NCBI GenBank assembly: GCA_964512925.1
Contig: CAZEKH010000002.1
Span: 122,505-186,504 of the forward strand
From: an uncultured Candidatus Saccharibacteria bacterium
GTDB taxonomy: Bacteria; Patescibacteriota; Doudnabacteria; UBA920
Direction of reading: 5' to 3'
Length of the DNA: 64,000 nucleotides
The notes below the pieces were generated by a model. It had not been told where the DNA came from. It made no database searches and saw only the letters and a program-made list of their open reading frames with translations. Position 1 is the stretch's first letter. Each line of letters opens with the position of its first letter. This document shows positions 41,459-51,995 of the stretch, piece after piece. Position numbers and translations under genes: made by a program.

Positions 41459-41863
41459 TTATTGACCGTCCGTAGCTTTACGCGAAGGAGGTAGCGTAGG
41501 AGGGTTACGATTGAATGGGGGTAGGATTTTGTTTTTTATATAAATAAAACTAACCGGACAGATCGAAAAAATCTGTCCGGTTTTTTTGCCGCTCATCGTC
41601 CCCAGCTTTCCCGTTTCCCGTACTCGAAGGCCCGAAAGTTCAATCCTTACCCCAGGTTTTCTCTTTGCTCTTTGACAGGCAACTTGAATTTGCTTCAAGT
41701 CAACATTAAAGCCATAACTTACTACCAACACCAAGGTAACACCGTGGTCTGTACAGACGACGCTTCCAACCCGGGTGATGGCTTCTCCCTTTACTTCATA
41801 TACTATGAAAGAACCACCTTCAAACGCAAGCTCAAACCTAATACGATCCACTGGGTAATGCAT
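41459..41863 (-). CDS. hypothetical protein (3' end probably degenerate)
   Basis: SD AAGGAGG before ATG at 41863; frame reads through a terminator-like hairpin (41552-41588) and repeat DNA. Confidence 0.4.
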   Translation of the reverse strand: MHYPVDRIRFELAFEGGSFIVYEVKGEAITRVGSVVCTDHGVTLVLVVSYGFNVDLKQIQVACQRAKRKPGVRIELSGLRVRETGKLGTMSGKKTGQIFSICPVSFIYIKNKILPPFNRNPPTLPPSRKATDGQ

Positions 41864-42353
41864 ACACCCTCCTTCTTTTTCAGCAACGTTTTTTGTGCTG
41901 GCCTTTTTCGGGTTTAAAAAACCAAAAAAGGCCAAAACAAAACCCCGGACAAAGTCCGGGGTGTCTAAATTTTTATTTAGTACACTTAAACAGGACTTTG
42001 CGCTCGCAAAGCCCATCCCCAAACACCCAATTGTATTTTTCTCATTGCATTCATACGTATATATTATACCTCTTACAAAAACCTGTCAAAACAAACCCAA
42101 AACACCTTTCACTCATAAAAATTCCGTTTTTTGCTAGAATAGACTGCGTTAGTAGAAAAATACTTTCCGTTCCTATAAGTTTTTTTTGTTTGCATCCAGA
42201 GGTTTCAAAAGGCAAATCAAGGGGCGTCGAAATTTGCGGCGCCCCTTGATCCGCAATCTCGTATTTTTCGATCCAAAGCTTGTAATTTTAAATCCGTGAC
42301 AAAATGTCACGACCTCTCTTCCCGCTTCAATTATAAGACTTAATTTTATTTAA

Positions 42354-44612
42354 CTATAATTCTTTAACTTTACTTAACACCTCTTCAATATTAGCATTAG
42401 TTACCAGAAAGAAGTGCAGTTTTCCTTTCCCCAAACTTTGCCATACTTCTGCGAGAGCTACCTTATAAGCAGTATCTTCATTACTTACCCTGTCTTCGCC
42501 TTTCCATTCCAACGCAACCATGTTGCCCATCTTACTAAACGCAACAAAATCAGGATAAAACTTATTTTTCTGCCAGCCTTGTAAATAAAAATCCAATTTT
42601 TCTCTATTCCTTACCCAAAACTCTATATTTGGCAACATATCCAAATCTAACCTAGAAACAAAATTCTCTTCTTCTTTGTTTAACTTGCCAACTTGAGGAT
42701 AATAATTTTTATTAAAATCTTTAGGCAAAACCTTGTCCACGATTATTGTTTCTGGAAAAGTTTTAAAAGGCTTCGTGGAAACTTTTTTCTTTTTTATAAG
42801 ATCTTCAAAACGCTTTTTAGCATAATCCTTTAAAATTGCTTCAATAACTTCGCTTAATTTCTCACACAAAACATACCTGTTTATAGATAGCTCTGTTAGT
42901 GATCTTGTTTTTAACAAGTGGTTAATTGCTTTATCTAAAAACTTTACTTTGTCCGACTGTTCAAGCAGGGTAAAACGAAGTTTCTTATCTAGCCACTGCA
43001 CCAACTCTTTTTGTGTAGCGTTTTTTAAACGATAGGGTAAATTTAAATGCAGCTGCTTCCCTTGTTTCCAGTGGTCTCCCTCAATATCTATAATTGCACG
43101 GCCATCATTGTCAAAATGCACATCAAAATTAAATTCAGCCTCTTGTTTAGCTAGAGAAAAATCAGCGCCAATTAACTCCTCAAAAGTTAAAGGTTCGCCA
43201 TCTAAAGCCATCATAGGCACGGCAAAATCTTGTTTAAAAGCACGATGAATTTCTAGCGGATCTTTTTGGACTTTGTCAGTGCCATTTATTAAATCAGCTT
43301 TACTAAAGCCATTGGAAACCAGCCCTTTTATAATTTCGTCTGCGGCTTCGTTAAAGTTTCGGGCAGAAGCAAAAACAAAGCTTCTGTTTAAATCTTCAAC
43401 TTCTTTTCTTTTAGCGTAAGGCATTCGGATAATGCGGCCTATAATTTGTTCTACCGCAATCTTCGCACCAATGTTGGCAAGTGAAATTAATACATAAGCA
43501 AAAGAACAGTCCCAACCTTCAGCTAAGGCATTAACTGTAATAATATATTTAATCGGGCATTTGTTACTAAAAAGGTTTACACCTTCCAATTCGTTCTTTT
43601 CAGATGTTTTGATAGCTATTTCTTCTTCAGCTATTTTCATTTTTAATAGCTGTTCTTTAACCTGCTCAACAGTAATGTTATTTTGGGTTTTGCTATTTGG
43701 CTGTGCTTGAATTAAAGCAATTGGCCTTATATATTCGCCTTTATTTTTCTTGGTAAGCTTTTCTAATTCCTCACGCTTATCCAAACCCCGTGTTAAAGAT
43801 TGCTCCCAATGGTTAGAACTTTCTAATACAATTGGAATTTTAACCATTTGCTCGGTCTTCAAATCAGCCGCTGAAATGTCTACCAATATATTACTGCCAT
43901 CCCTAGGAGTAGCGGTATATTCTACAATAAAGCTCGGGTTAAGTTCTTTTAAAAAATCAACAGAAAGTTGGGTTTGGGTTCTATGCCCCTCGTCAATAAC
44001 AATTAGCGGATTATACATCCGAATCACATTGGCTAAAGATATAATTACTCCTGATTCATCTTTTTCTAGTAAGCTGTCATCTCCAATATTTTCAAAGAAA
44101 TTTAATAGCTGTCCGTTTTCTTGGTAAACTTTGTATTTCTTTTGCAAAGACTTCTCTTTCCTAAAAGCATCAAGAGAAGAAATTACAATACACAAATTAT
44201 CTTCAACATCTTCTTTGCGAATTCTTAAGGCTTCTTCATTCGAAAAAATCCTCACACCATTTTCAAAAACTTCATCCAAAATTTGCCTATGCCAGTCCTT
44301 CCGATCTTTAAGTTTATTTATCGTTTGAGTTTTAATTGCTTCGGACGGCACAAACCACATAACAATACCCCTGTCCATTTTATGTTTTAGTACAGTGCTA
44401 TAAATTAAACCAACAGAATTAGCGGCAACAACTGTTTTGCCACCTCCCGTAGGGATTTTTACGCACACAAAAGGCACTTCACCAAAAGAATTGGATTTAT
44501 AAGGCTCTTCAACCACACTCATAAAAGCCATCTTCGGGCCAAATTTCTCCAAAAGTTTTAAAAACTCTTTAAGCTTTTCCAGTGCAGTTTGTTGATATTT
44601 TTTTAGTTCCAT
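42354..44612 (-). CDS. res: type III restriction endonuclease subunit Res
   Basis: PTGGGKT, DEGH, YTATP, ALAEGWDC, EQIIGRIIR, C-terminal YPDF..LEWKG PD-(D/E)xK nuclease. Confidence 0.9.
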   Translation of the reverse strand: MELKKYQQTALEKLKEFLKLLEKFGPKMAFMSVVEEPYKSNSFGEVPFVCVKIPTGGGKTVVAANSVGLIYSTVLKHKMDRGIVMWFVPSEAIKTQTINKLKDRKDWHRQILDEVFENGVRIFSNEEALRIRKEDVEDNLCIVISSLDAFRKEKSLQKKYKVYQENGQLLNFFENIGDDSLLEKDESGVIISLANVIRMYNPLIVIDEGHRTQTQLSVDFLKELNPSFIVEYTATPRDGSNILVDISAADLKTEQMVKIPIVLESSNHWEQSLTRGLDKREELEKLTKKNKGEYIRPIALIQAQPNSKTQNNITVEQVKEQLLKMKIAEEEIAIKTSEKNELEGVNLFSNKCPIKYIITVNALAEGWDCSFAYVLISLANIGAKIAVEQIIGRIIRMPYAKRKEVEDLNRSFVFASARNFNEAADEIIKGLVSNGFSKADLINGTDKVQKDPLEIHRAFKQDFAVPMMALDGEPLTFEELIGADFSLAKQEAEFNFDVHFDNDGRAIIDIEGDHWKQGKQLHLNLPYRLKNATQKELVQWLDKKLRFTLLEQSDKVKFLDKAINHLLKTRSLTELSINRYVLCEKLSEVIEAILKDYAKKRFEDLIKKKKVSTKPFKTFPETIIVDKVLPKDFNKNYYPQVGKLNKEEENFVSRLDLDMLPNIEFWVRNREKLDFYLQGWQKNKFYPDFVAFSKMGNMVALEWKGEDRVSNEDTAYKVALAEVWQSLGKGKLHFFLVTNANIEEVLSKVKEL

Positions 44613-44656
44613 AAAAAATTTTAGTAATTGTGGGTAACTTGACGCATCCTAAAGTA

Positions 44657-44665
44657 TGTTATAAT
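44657..44665 (+). promoter_or_regulatory. extended -10 promoter TGtTATAAT (TTGACG at 44639-44644)
   Basis: consensus match; points antisense into the DUF3800 3' end. Confidence 0.7.
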
Positions 44666-44671
44666 ATAAGT

Positions 44672-44764
44672 AATCAATAAGTAGGCCTCTTATAAGCGAA
44701 AGTCGGCTCCATGCCGTGCGTTGGGAAACCAACCTAGCTATAAGGGGCTTATTTTATTTATTGA
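44672..44764 (+). ncRNA. structured RNA antisense to the DUF3800 gene end (DUF3800-associated RNA motif-like)
   Basis: long closing stem 44676-44697/44737-44758; inner hairpins CGGC-tccat-GCCG and GTTGG-gaaa-CCAAC; own promoter. Confidence 0.65.
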
Positions 44765-45520
44765 GAAGGTGTTACCTCTGCTGTAAAAATTATTGGGATA
44801 TTTATCTGTATCATAAACGTCACAAACGAATTTTACTTTACTTTCAATAAATTTATAATAACGATCCTCGCCTCTTACAAAAGCTCTTTGAATAGCCCAA
44901 TTCATATAATCAACTATTTGCAAACATGCTTCTCCATATGGACTTTGTGGGAGAATGGCTATTTTTGAATCAATTTTCATTTTATGCTCAGTTTCAAATG
45001 AATTTTTTGCGGTTTGGATAGCTTCCTCCAAAGGAGCCTGGCGAGTTTTATTACCCCTAACAGCAAAGTAAATAAAAATTTGTTCAGCAACGTGTAATTT
45101 ATTTTTGAACAACTTAATTATTAAATCGTCATAGAATAAATTTTCTTTGCCTTTATGACGCACCTTAAAAATATTTTCAATTTTTCTTGCAACAATGAAT
45201 TCCGCTTTAAAATCTAAACCTAAAATAGTTTTATAAACTTTCTCTCTAATTTCCGGCGTATCGTCTTTAGCATGAAACGCTAAATGACTTTTCTTTAGCG
45301 AAGGAATATCTTTAAGATACTCATCGTTCTTTATCTCCTCATGAAGTTTGAATATTGCATTTCTTAAAGGTTCTGGGTTAGTTGTTTTGATGAAGCCAAG
45401 TAATAAAATTTTTGAACATCCCTCTTTGCCAACAATATACCTACCATATCTATCATAAAAAGTAGAATCACCGGCCTCATCCACAAAAAAATACTGGGTT
45501 TTTACATCATTCAACTTCAT
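44738..45520 (-). CDS. DUF3800 domain protein
   Basis: YFFVDEAGD, FHAKDD, LQIVDYMNWAIQR. Confidence 0.85.
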   Translation of the reverse strand: MKLNDVKTQYFFVDEAGDSTFYDRYGRYIVGKEGCSKILLLGFIKTTNPEPLRNAIFKLHEEIKNDEYLKDIPSLKKSHLAFHAKDDTPEIREKVYKTILGLDFKAEFIVARKIENIFKVRHKGKENLFYDDLIIKLFKNKLHVAEQIFIYFAVRGNKTRQAPLEEAIQTAKNSFETEHKMKIDSKIAILPQSPYGEACLQIVDYMNWAIQRAFVRGEDRYYKFIESKVKFVCDVYDTDKYPNNFYSRGNTFSINKISPL

Positions 45521-45521
45521 A

Positions 45522-47075
45522 TTAGTAAACCCTTACCTCATAAGGGATTTGTTTAAAGATTAAATTATACTTTTCTAAATCCGAATTATCCAGTAAACAC
45601 CTATCAGCATAAATGACTTTCTTGCTTCCGTCTTTTTTCAGCTTCTTTAGAAAAGATTTGTCTAAAATGTTGTTACCTTTTTCCCTAAATAACAAATAAA
45701 ATTCGGTTTCGCCAAACGTTCCAATAAAATTATTTCTAATATTTTTTGGATCAATGTTGGTCTGGGTTTCGGTAAAATAAATATAGGTTGCAAGCTGATT
45801 AAATTCGCACTCTTCTTCTATTTGACCTTCTTCATTAAACAAAGGCTTGCTAAGTTCACAATATTCAAATCCATCATTGTAATCATATTTTTTAATGGCA
45901 CGCCTAACACGCTCGGCTGTTATATCCTTAGCAACTTTATCTTCCATTTCGACCATTATAAATTTACGATCACCTCCATCTTCTTTATTTAGATCCATCA
46001 CAGCATGGCCTGTTGTGCCAGATCCAGCAAAGGAGTCTAAAATTATTGAGTTTTTATCTGTTGATAATTGTAAAATCCTCTTTAGTAATCTGACTGGTTT
46101 TGGGGTCGCAAAAGGAACTTGTTCTAATTCTTCAAAAAATAACTTTATCTCTCTTTTGGCTTCTTGATTATGACCTACTTCATCGGAAACCCAAATGGTA
46201 TCTACTTTTTTTCCTTGCTGTACTTCGGTTAAAAATCTTTTTAGCCTAGGAAAAGCTGTTCCGTCTTTACCAAACCAGATTCTATTTTCAGCAATCATAT
46301 TCAAAAGATTGTCTTTAGAGTAAACCCAATGCTTGCCTTTGGGTACATTGTATTTCTTTCCTTTGGGGGCTGTTATCTCATAATAACCTTCTTTCCTCTC
46401 TTCGTTCGCAACCAAATCACCAGAAGACCATGGACCCCTTGGGTCATTATCAGGATTTTGAAACCTGGCATTCATTGATTCTGTGCGAGGTAAAAGGTTT
46501 ATTACTATCTTTTCTAAATTATTTGCATAACAAAAAATATATTCGTGGTTGTCTGAGACATATTTTGCATCATTCTTAGTACTGTGAATTTTTTCCCAAA
46601 TAAAATTGGCAATAAAATTTTCACGACCAAAAACTTCATCCATAAGCCCTTTAAAATAGTGACCTTCATAATCATCTATAGAAACAAAAATCATTCCATC
46701 ATCGGATAATAAATCCTTTAAAAGTTTAAGTCGAGGCAACATCATACATAGCCATTTATCATGACGGTTTAAATCTTCAGACTCTCGCCCCACAACCTTT
46801 CCTAACCACTTTTTTATTTTTGGTGAATTAACTTTGTCATTGTAAACCCAGCCCTCGTTACCAGTGTTGTACGGGGGATCTATGTAAATACATTTAACCT
46901 TACCGGCATAGTAAGGCATTAAAGCCTTAAGAGCTTCTAGATTATCACCATGTATAATTAAATTTTGCGAATGGTCACCGACAGAAGCGCTTTTAACTTT
47001 TTTCAGAAGTCTAAAGGGTACTTCTTTATCGTGGTTAGCAACTGCTTCTTTACCAATCCAGTTTAAAGTAGGCAT
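45522..47075 (-). CDS. mod: type III R-M adenine methyltransferase Mod
   Basis: GDNLEALK, YIDPPYNTG, HDKWL.MM.PRL, TPKP..L, LDSFAGSGTTG. Confidence 0.92.
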   Translation of the reverse strand: MPTLNWIGKEAVANHDKEVPFRLLKKVKSASVGDHSQNLIIHGDNLEALKALMPYYAGKVKCIYIDPPYNTGNEGWVYNDKVNSPKIKKWLGKVVGRESEDLNRHDKWLCMMLPRLKLLKDLLSDDGMIFVSIDDYEGHYFKGLMDEVFGRENFIANFIWEKIHSTKNDAKYVSDNHEYIFCYANNLEKIVINLLPRTESMNARFQNPDNDPRGPWSSGDLVANEERKEGYYEITAPKGKKYNVPKGKHWVYSKDNLLNMIAENRIWFGKDGTAFPRLKRFLTEVQQGKKVDTIWVSDEVGHNQEAKREIKLFFEELEQVPFATPKPVRLLKRILQLSTDKNSIILDSFAGSGTTGHAVMDLNKEDGGDRKFIMVEMEDKVAKDITAERVRRAIKKYDYNDGFEYCELSKPLFNEEGQIEEECEFNQLATYIYFTETQTNIDPKNIRNNFIGTFGETEFYLLFREKGNNILDKSFLKKLKKDGSKKVIYADRCLLDNSDLEKYNLIFKQIPYEVRVY

Positions 47076-47353
47076 TTTAATTTTTTCAAATCTTCTATTA
47101 AATTTCCTAAAACTTTCTACACCAGGACTCTTATATTCTATATTTTACACCCTTCTTAAGTTCTTTTCCATAACAAAAATCCCTTGTTTCAAAGGGTTTT
47201 GGGAAATTTTGTGGATTGGAATGGGACTTACAGTAATATAAATTTAACACGCACTTTTAACGATATTGTCAACTAATATCGTTAAAAACGAGCAAAATTC
47301 AGTCTTTTTAACGGTATTGCTCATTATATTCAGACTTGTTTTCTTTGGAAGGA

Positions 47354-47650
47354 TCAGAGTAAAAGTTTTAGGAGAACTTTGACTTTTTGGTTGTCTTGTA
47401 TGTTTTCTTTTTTTCGAACTTCTGCTTTTAAAGGCAGCAGGTATGTGCTGGACTTTTTGTCCGGAAAAATAGAAGTCTTCCATTGGCTTTTACCTATCAC
47501 GACTTCCACCCTAAGCGACCCAAAACCCCGTCCAACTGAACCAAAAAGGGTTTTGATTTTTTTGGACATATCTTTTGGCAAACTGACAAACCGCCAGGCC
47601 GCCATCCCGGGGTACACCCAAATTTTACTTGTAAATTCAAATTGATTCAT
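47354..47650 (-). CDS. DUF1905 family protein
   Basis: AAWRFVSLP, RGFGSLRV.V.IG.SQWKTSIFP..YLLPLKAEVRK. Confidence 0.85.
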   Translation of the reverse strand: MNQFEFTSKIWVYPGMAAWRFVSLPKDMSKKIKTLFGSVGRGFGSLRVEVVIGKSQWKTSIFPDKKSSTYLLPLKAEVRKKENIQDNQKVKVLLKLLL

Positions 47651-47653
47651 ATT

Positions 47654-48376
47654 TTAAATTCCGCTGATACCAAACAACTTGCCAACGCCGAAAGTTATTG
47701 CCATCGCAAGTATCCCTCCTGTAACCACTCGAACCACCGCTTTTGTTTTGTTTGCCCCGCCGGCGTAAGCGCTTAAAAAGCCGGTTAATATTAAGGCTAA
47801 ACACACTCCGAAAAATGTCACTGGCACGCGGAACTTAGCTGGCGACAAAATTATTATACCTATGGGCACCACTGCCCCGACAAAAAATGCCGCGGCTGAA
47901 GCCATAGCTGCGTGCCAAGGATTGGTTAAATTTTCAGGATCAATGCCCAATTCCGCGTCCAAATGCGCGATGAATGATCCTTTCAAAGTCAATTCCGAGG
48001 CCACAGTGTTGGCAGTTTGTTCAGACAAACCTTTGTTCTGATAAATTTTTGCCAGCTCTTTTTGTTCAAACAAAGGATCAGCTAACAACTCCAAACGCTC
48101 TTTCTCTATTAAAGCTTTTTCCGTATCACGCTGGGTGCTAACTGAAATATATTCCCCCACGCCCATAGACAGCGCGCCCGCCAACAGCCCGGCTATACCG
48201 GCTGTCAATATTGCCGAGGCGGAGTCGGAAGCGGCAGCCACCCCGACCACCAAAGAAGCTGTAGAAACTATGCCGTCATTGGCGCCTAAAACCGAAGCCC
48301 TTAGCCAGTTAAGTTTTTCTCCTGACTTTGTGCTATGCGGTTCAATTTTAGAAATATTCTTTGTTTCAGTATTCAT
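47654..48376 (-). CDS. VIT1/CCC1 family Fe/Mn transporter
   Basis: LNWLRASVLGANDGIVS, AGALSMGVGEYISVSTQRD, NPWHAA. Confidence 0.92.
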   Translation of the reverse strand: MNTETKNISKIEPHSTKSGEKLNWLRASVLGANDGIVSTASLVVGVAAASDSASAILTAGIAGLLAGALSMGVGEYISVSTQRDTEKALIEKERLELLADPLFEQKELAKIYQNKGLSEQTANTVASELTLKGSFIAHLDAELGIDPENLTNPWHAAMASAAAFFVGAVVPIGIIILSPAKFRVPVTFFGVCLALILTGFLSAYAGGANKTKAVVRVVTGGILAMAITFGVGKLFGISGI

Positions 48377-48427
48377 ACTTTAATTATACACCCACAATCA
48401 ACTTCTAAAGAATATTGGAATGTTTTT

Positions 48428-50569
48428 TTACAAATCAATCATACCTTCCCGGCGGATGAAGATTCTGGCCAGGCGGAGCTGGTCGTAGGAGTAAAGGTGA
48501 TTCAGGCTCTCGCGAACGGAAGACAGCTGGAAACCGCCGCATTTTAAAAACTCTGCGGCAATCTTTTGTAATGCTGTTTCCTCAGGCCGCAAATGGCGAA
48601 TATCCAAATCCGTATATTGTAATGCCAACTTTTCTGTATGCTCTAAGATAGTAGACAAAGCCAGACTGCGACGTTTGGCGATTTCTTCCAAAGACAGTTT
48701 TTGCAAAAGAAACTCTTTGGTTTTTTCATAAGTTCCGCCAGTAAAGACCTGCTCAGCCTGCGATGTTTTTGTTTTTTCCATTATATTTTTGGCTTTGGCA
48801 AAATCTTGTATAGCCGCCACAAACTCGGCGCCGTATTTTTCCAATTTTTGTTTGCCTACCCCAAATATATTTCCCAAACCAGAAAGACTCTGGGGAAAAT
48901 ACGTCGCCATTTCCAAAAGACTTTGGTCTCCAAACACCGCATACGGAGGAATACCTTGTTTGTCTGCGATATTTTTGCGAAGCTTCTTTAAAGAAATAAA
49001 CAACTCTTGATTTAATTCTTCTTTCAAGGTTTGATGGCGGCTTTCCGCTTGCCTAGAGACTTCCAAAACCGGAAGAAAAATTTTCTCTTTTTGTTTTAAA
49101 GTTAAAACAGCTTTCTGGGTCAATTTTAAAACTGGATATTCGCCTGAAGTTTTTTCCAAATAATTTTTGGAAACCAACAAATTCATCAACTTCATCAGCT
49201 GCGGCTTGCTAAGGTCTTTCACAATGCCAAAAACCGAAAGCTGATTATGCTTCAAACCCGCCATCCGGTCGCTGATTTTCCCCAAAAGCAAATCCGCCAC
49301 ATATCCTCCGCCATAACGCTGGTTAGTTCTCAAGATAGCGGATAAAATCTTTTGGGAAATCTCTGTGGCGTCAAACTCATCCCTTGGCTTTAAACAAATG
49401 TCGCAACTGCCGCAATTCTTCTTTCCATATTCTTCCCCAAAATATGAAAGCAAATATTTTCGCCGGCACGAAACAAGCTCCCCGTATTCCAACACCTCCT
49501 CTAGTTTTTTCCAGGCTTGTTGTTTCAGCTCTTCATCTTCCATCTGTTGGATAAAAAATCCGTGGCTCCGCCGGTCGCCTTGTGAAAAAAACAGCACACA
49601 CTCGGACAATAAACCATCCCTGCCAGCCCTGCCGGTTTCCTGATAGTACCCCTCCACGCTCTTCGGCAGGCTTTGGTGCACAACCAACCTGACATCCGGC
49701 TTGTCTATGCCCATACCAAAAGCGATGGTCGCGCAAATAATATTTATCTCATCGCGGATAAATCTTTCCTGAACATCAGTCCTTTTTTCCGAACTCAAAC
49801 CGGCGTGATAAGCTTCGACGCTATATCCTTGTTTTTTCAAATCTTCAGCCAGCTCCTCGGTGTCTCTCCTGGAAAAACAGTAAACTATCACACTCTCATC
49901 TTTATATTGAGGCAACAAATCCAAAACCTGCCTGAGAAAATTTTTCTTTGGCAGCACGCGATAACTGAGGTTTGGGCGGTCAAAACTGGATACAAAAATT
50001 TTTCCCTGCCTAAAATCCAACTGCTTTAAAATATCCGCGCGAACTTTTTCCGTGGCAGTCGCGGTTAAAGCAATGATGGGAACTTCAAAAAATATTTCTC
50101 TTAAAACTTTTAAATTGCGATAATCCGGCCGGAAATCATGTCCCCACTCGGAGATGCAATGCGCTTCGTCAATAGCTATCAAGCTGATGTTTAAATTTTT
50201 CAAAAAATCCACAAAACCTAGAGCTGAAAGCCTCTCTGGAGCAAGGTATAAAATTTTTAGTTCGCCATTTTTGGCGCGATTTTGAACATCTAAAATCACG
50301 TCTTCATCCAAAGAACTGTTGATGTAGGCGGCTGAAACCCCATTTTCCAAAAGCGCGTCCACCTGGTCTTTCATCAGGGAAATCAGGGGCGAGACCACAA
50401 TCGTAATGCCGGGAAACTTCAGCGCGGGCAGCTGGTAACACAAAGACTTTCCCCCGCCGGTGGGCATTAAAACCAAACAATCTTTCTTCTCCAGAATATG
50501 ACCAATCACTTCAGACTGCAAAGGCCTAAAACTTTCATAACCAAAATGTTTTTTAAGTAAATCTAGCAT
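48428..50569 (-). CDS. recQ: ATP-dependent DNA helicase RecQ
   Basis: MPTGGGKSLCYQLPA, DEAHCISEWGHDFRP, ATIAFGMGIDKPDVR, QETGRAGRDG, Zn/RQC, HRDC, C-terminal HTH. Confidence 0.97.
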   Translation of the reverse strand: MLDLLKKHFGYESFRPLQSEVIGHILEKKDCLVLMPTGGGKSLCYQLPALKFPGITIVVSPLISLMKDQVDALLENGVSAAYINSSLDEDVILDVQNRAKNGELKILYLAPERLSALGFVDFLKNLNISLIAIDEAHCISEWGHDFRPDYRNLKVLREIFFEVPIIALTATATEKVRADILKQLDFRQGKIFVSSFDRPNLSYRVLPKKNFLRQVLDLLPQYKDESVIVYCFSRRDTEELAEDLKKQGYSVEAYHAGLSSEKRTDVQERFIRDEINIICATIAFGMGIDKPDVRLVVHQSLPKSVEGYYQETGRAGRDGLLSECVLFFSQGDRRSHGFFIQQMEDEELKQQAWKKLEEVLEYGELVSCRRKYLLSYFGEEYGKKNCGSCDICLKPRDEFDATEISQKILSAILRTNQRYGGGYVADLLLGKISDRMAGLKHNQLSVFGIVKDLSKPQLMKLMNLLVSKNYLEKTSGEYPVLKLTQKAVLTLKQKEKIFLPVLEVSRQAESRHQTLKEELNQELFISLKKLRKNIADKQGIPPYAVFGDQSLLEMATYFPQSLSGLGNIFGVGKQKLEKYGAEFVAAIQDFAKAKNIMEKTKTSQAEQVFTGGTYEKTKEFLLQKLSLEEIAKRRSLALSTILEHTEKLALQYTDLDIRHLRPEETALQKIAAEFLKCGGFQLSSVRESLNHLYSYDQLRLARIFIRREGMIDL

Positions 50570-50647
50570 TCATCCATTATAACAAAAATCCGCCCCTCTT
50601 AGGGGTACGGATCTTATTAGTATTTTACTAACTCACCTTGTGCACTT

Positions 50648-50781
50648 TGTCATCCCGGACTTGCCTGCCCGCCTTTGGCGGGATCCGGGATCTAGAGTTA
50701 TTGCCAATAATATAAGAAGTTAATATACCACTGGATCCCAGATATTTTTCAGTTAAAGCCCTGAAAAATTCTAGTATGACA
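50648..50781. repeat. TGTCATCCCG..ATGACA composite palindromic repeat
   Basis: TGTCATCCCGG..CCGGGATCTAG..CTGGATCCCAG..ATGACA with nested CCCGCCTTTGGCGGG; half copy at 52008-52049. Confidence 0.65.
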
Positions 50782-50846
50782 CACAATTTATAAGTAATTT
50801 AAGCCAATTTGCGTAAGGTAAATTACTAAACCCTAAAACCTATACC

Positions 50847-51995
50847 CTAATCCCTATCTCCATAATTCGGAGCTTTTTTTACGATCTGCACATCGTGCAC
50901 GTGACTTTCCCTCAGGCCCGCTCCGGTGATCTGGACAAACTCCGCGTTTTTTTGCAGCGCTGAAATATTTTTTGCCCCCACATACCCCATCCCGCTTCTC
51001 AGGCCGCCGACCAGCTGTTCAATGATGGGCACAACTCCGCCCTTGTACAAAACCCTGGCTTCCACGCCTTCTGGCACCAGTTTTCCGCCCACCACATCGT
51101 CCTGGCCGTAACGGTCTTTACTGCCAACATTCATTGCTCCTAAACTGCCCATTCCCCGGTAAGATTTATACCATTTCCCATGGTCTTCAAACTTTTGTCC
51201 CGGCGCCTCGTCTGTGCCCGCAAACAAAGACCCCACCATCACAGCCGAAGCCCCGGCTGCCAGAGCTTTGGTGATGTCGCCGGACAGCTTGATTCCCCCG
51301 TCAGCCACGACCGGAATTTTTTTGGTTTTGCAAACTCTGACAGCTTCAAGAATAGCAGTCAGCTGCGGCACACCGCAGCCGGAAACCATCCGCGTGGTGC
51401 AGATACTACCAGGACCGATCCCGACTTTCACACCGTCAGCCCCAGCTCTAACCAAAGCCAGAGCTCCCTGGGCAGTTGCTACATTGCCGGCTATTACTTG
51501 CGCTTGTTTATATTTTTTCTTAATCTGCCTGACTGCTTCTAAAACCCGCTTTGAGTGTCCGTGCGCCGTATCCACCACCAGCGCATCCGCGCCCGCATTC
51601 AGCAGAGCCCCCGCCCTTTCCAAAAAATCCCCAGTCGCGCCCACCCCGGCTCCAACCATAAACCTACCCTTTGCATCCAAACTCTCTATCTTTCTATCTC
51701 TCTTATTCTCTTGCTCTCTGATTCTCTGAAGTTCTGATTTTACTAATCTAACTTCTTCCGCCTGCTTTTCAACTGACAAATTTTTATGGATGACCCCGAG
51801 CCCCCCCTCAGAAGCCATAGCAATAGCCATCCGGTGCTCTGTCACCGTATCCATTGCGCTGGACAAAACAGGAATTTTTAACTTAATTTTTTTAGTTAAA
51901 AAAGTTTCAGTTAAAACTTCGGTCGGCACGACTTCGCTATACTGAGGCGCCAGTAAAACATCGTCAAAACTCAAAGCGAGAGAAATTTTTTTCAT
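50847..51995 (-). CDS. guaB: IMP dehydrogenase lacking CBS domains
   Basis: [58 protein letters not shown]; the upstream ATG at 52013 lies inside a repeat. Confidence 0.95.
   Translation of the reverse strand: MKKISLALSFDDVLLAPQYSEVVPTEVLTETFLTKKIKLKIPVLSSAMDTVTEHRMAIAMASEGGLGVIHKNLSVEKQAEEVRLVKSELQRIREQENKRDRKIESLDAKGRFMVGAGVGATGDFLERAGALLNAGADALVVDTAHGHSKRVLEAVRQIKKKYKQAQVIAGNVATAQGALALVRAGADGVKVGIGPGSICTTRMVSGCGVPQLTAILEAVRVCKTKKIPVVADGGIKLSGDITKALAAGASAVMVGSLFAGTDEAPGQKFEDHGKWYKSYRGMGSLGAMNVGSKDRYGQDDVVGGKLVPEGVEARVLYKGGVVPIIEQLVGGLRSGMGYVGAKNISALQKNAEFVQITGAGLRESHVHDVQIVKKAPNYGDRD

Noticed and set aside
41893-42249. Plus-strand ORFs of 118 and 80 aa
   Set aside because: They run through promoter-like, low-complexity and palindromic DNA and have no coding signature.
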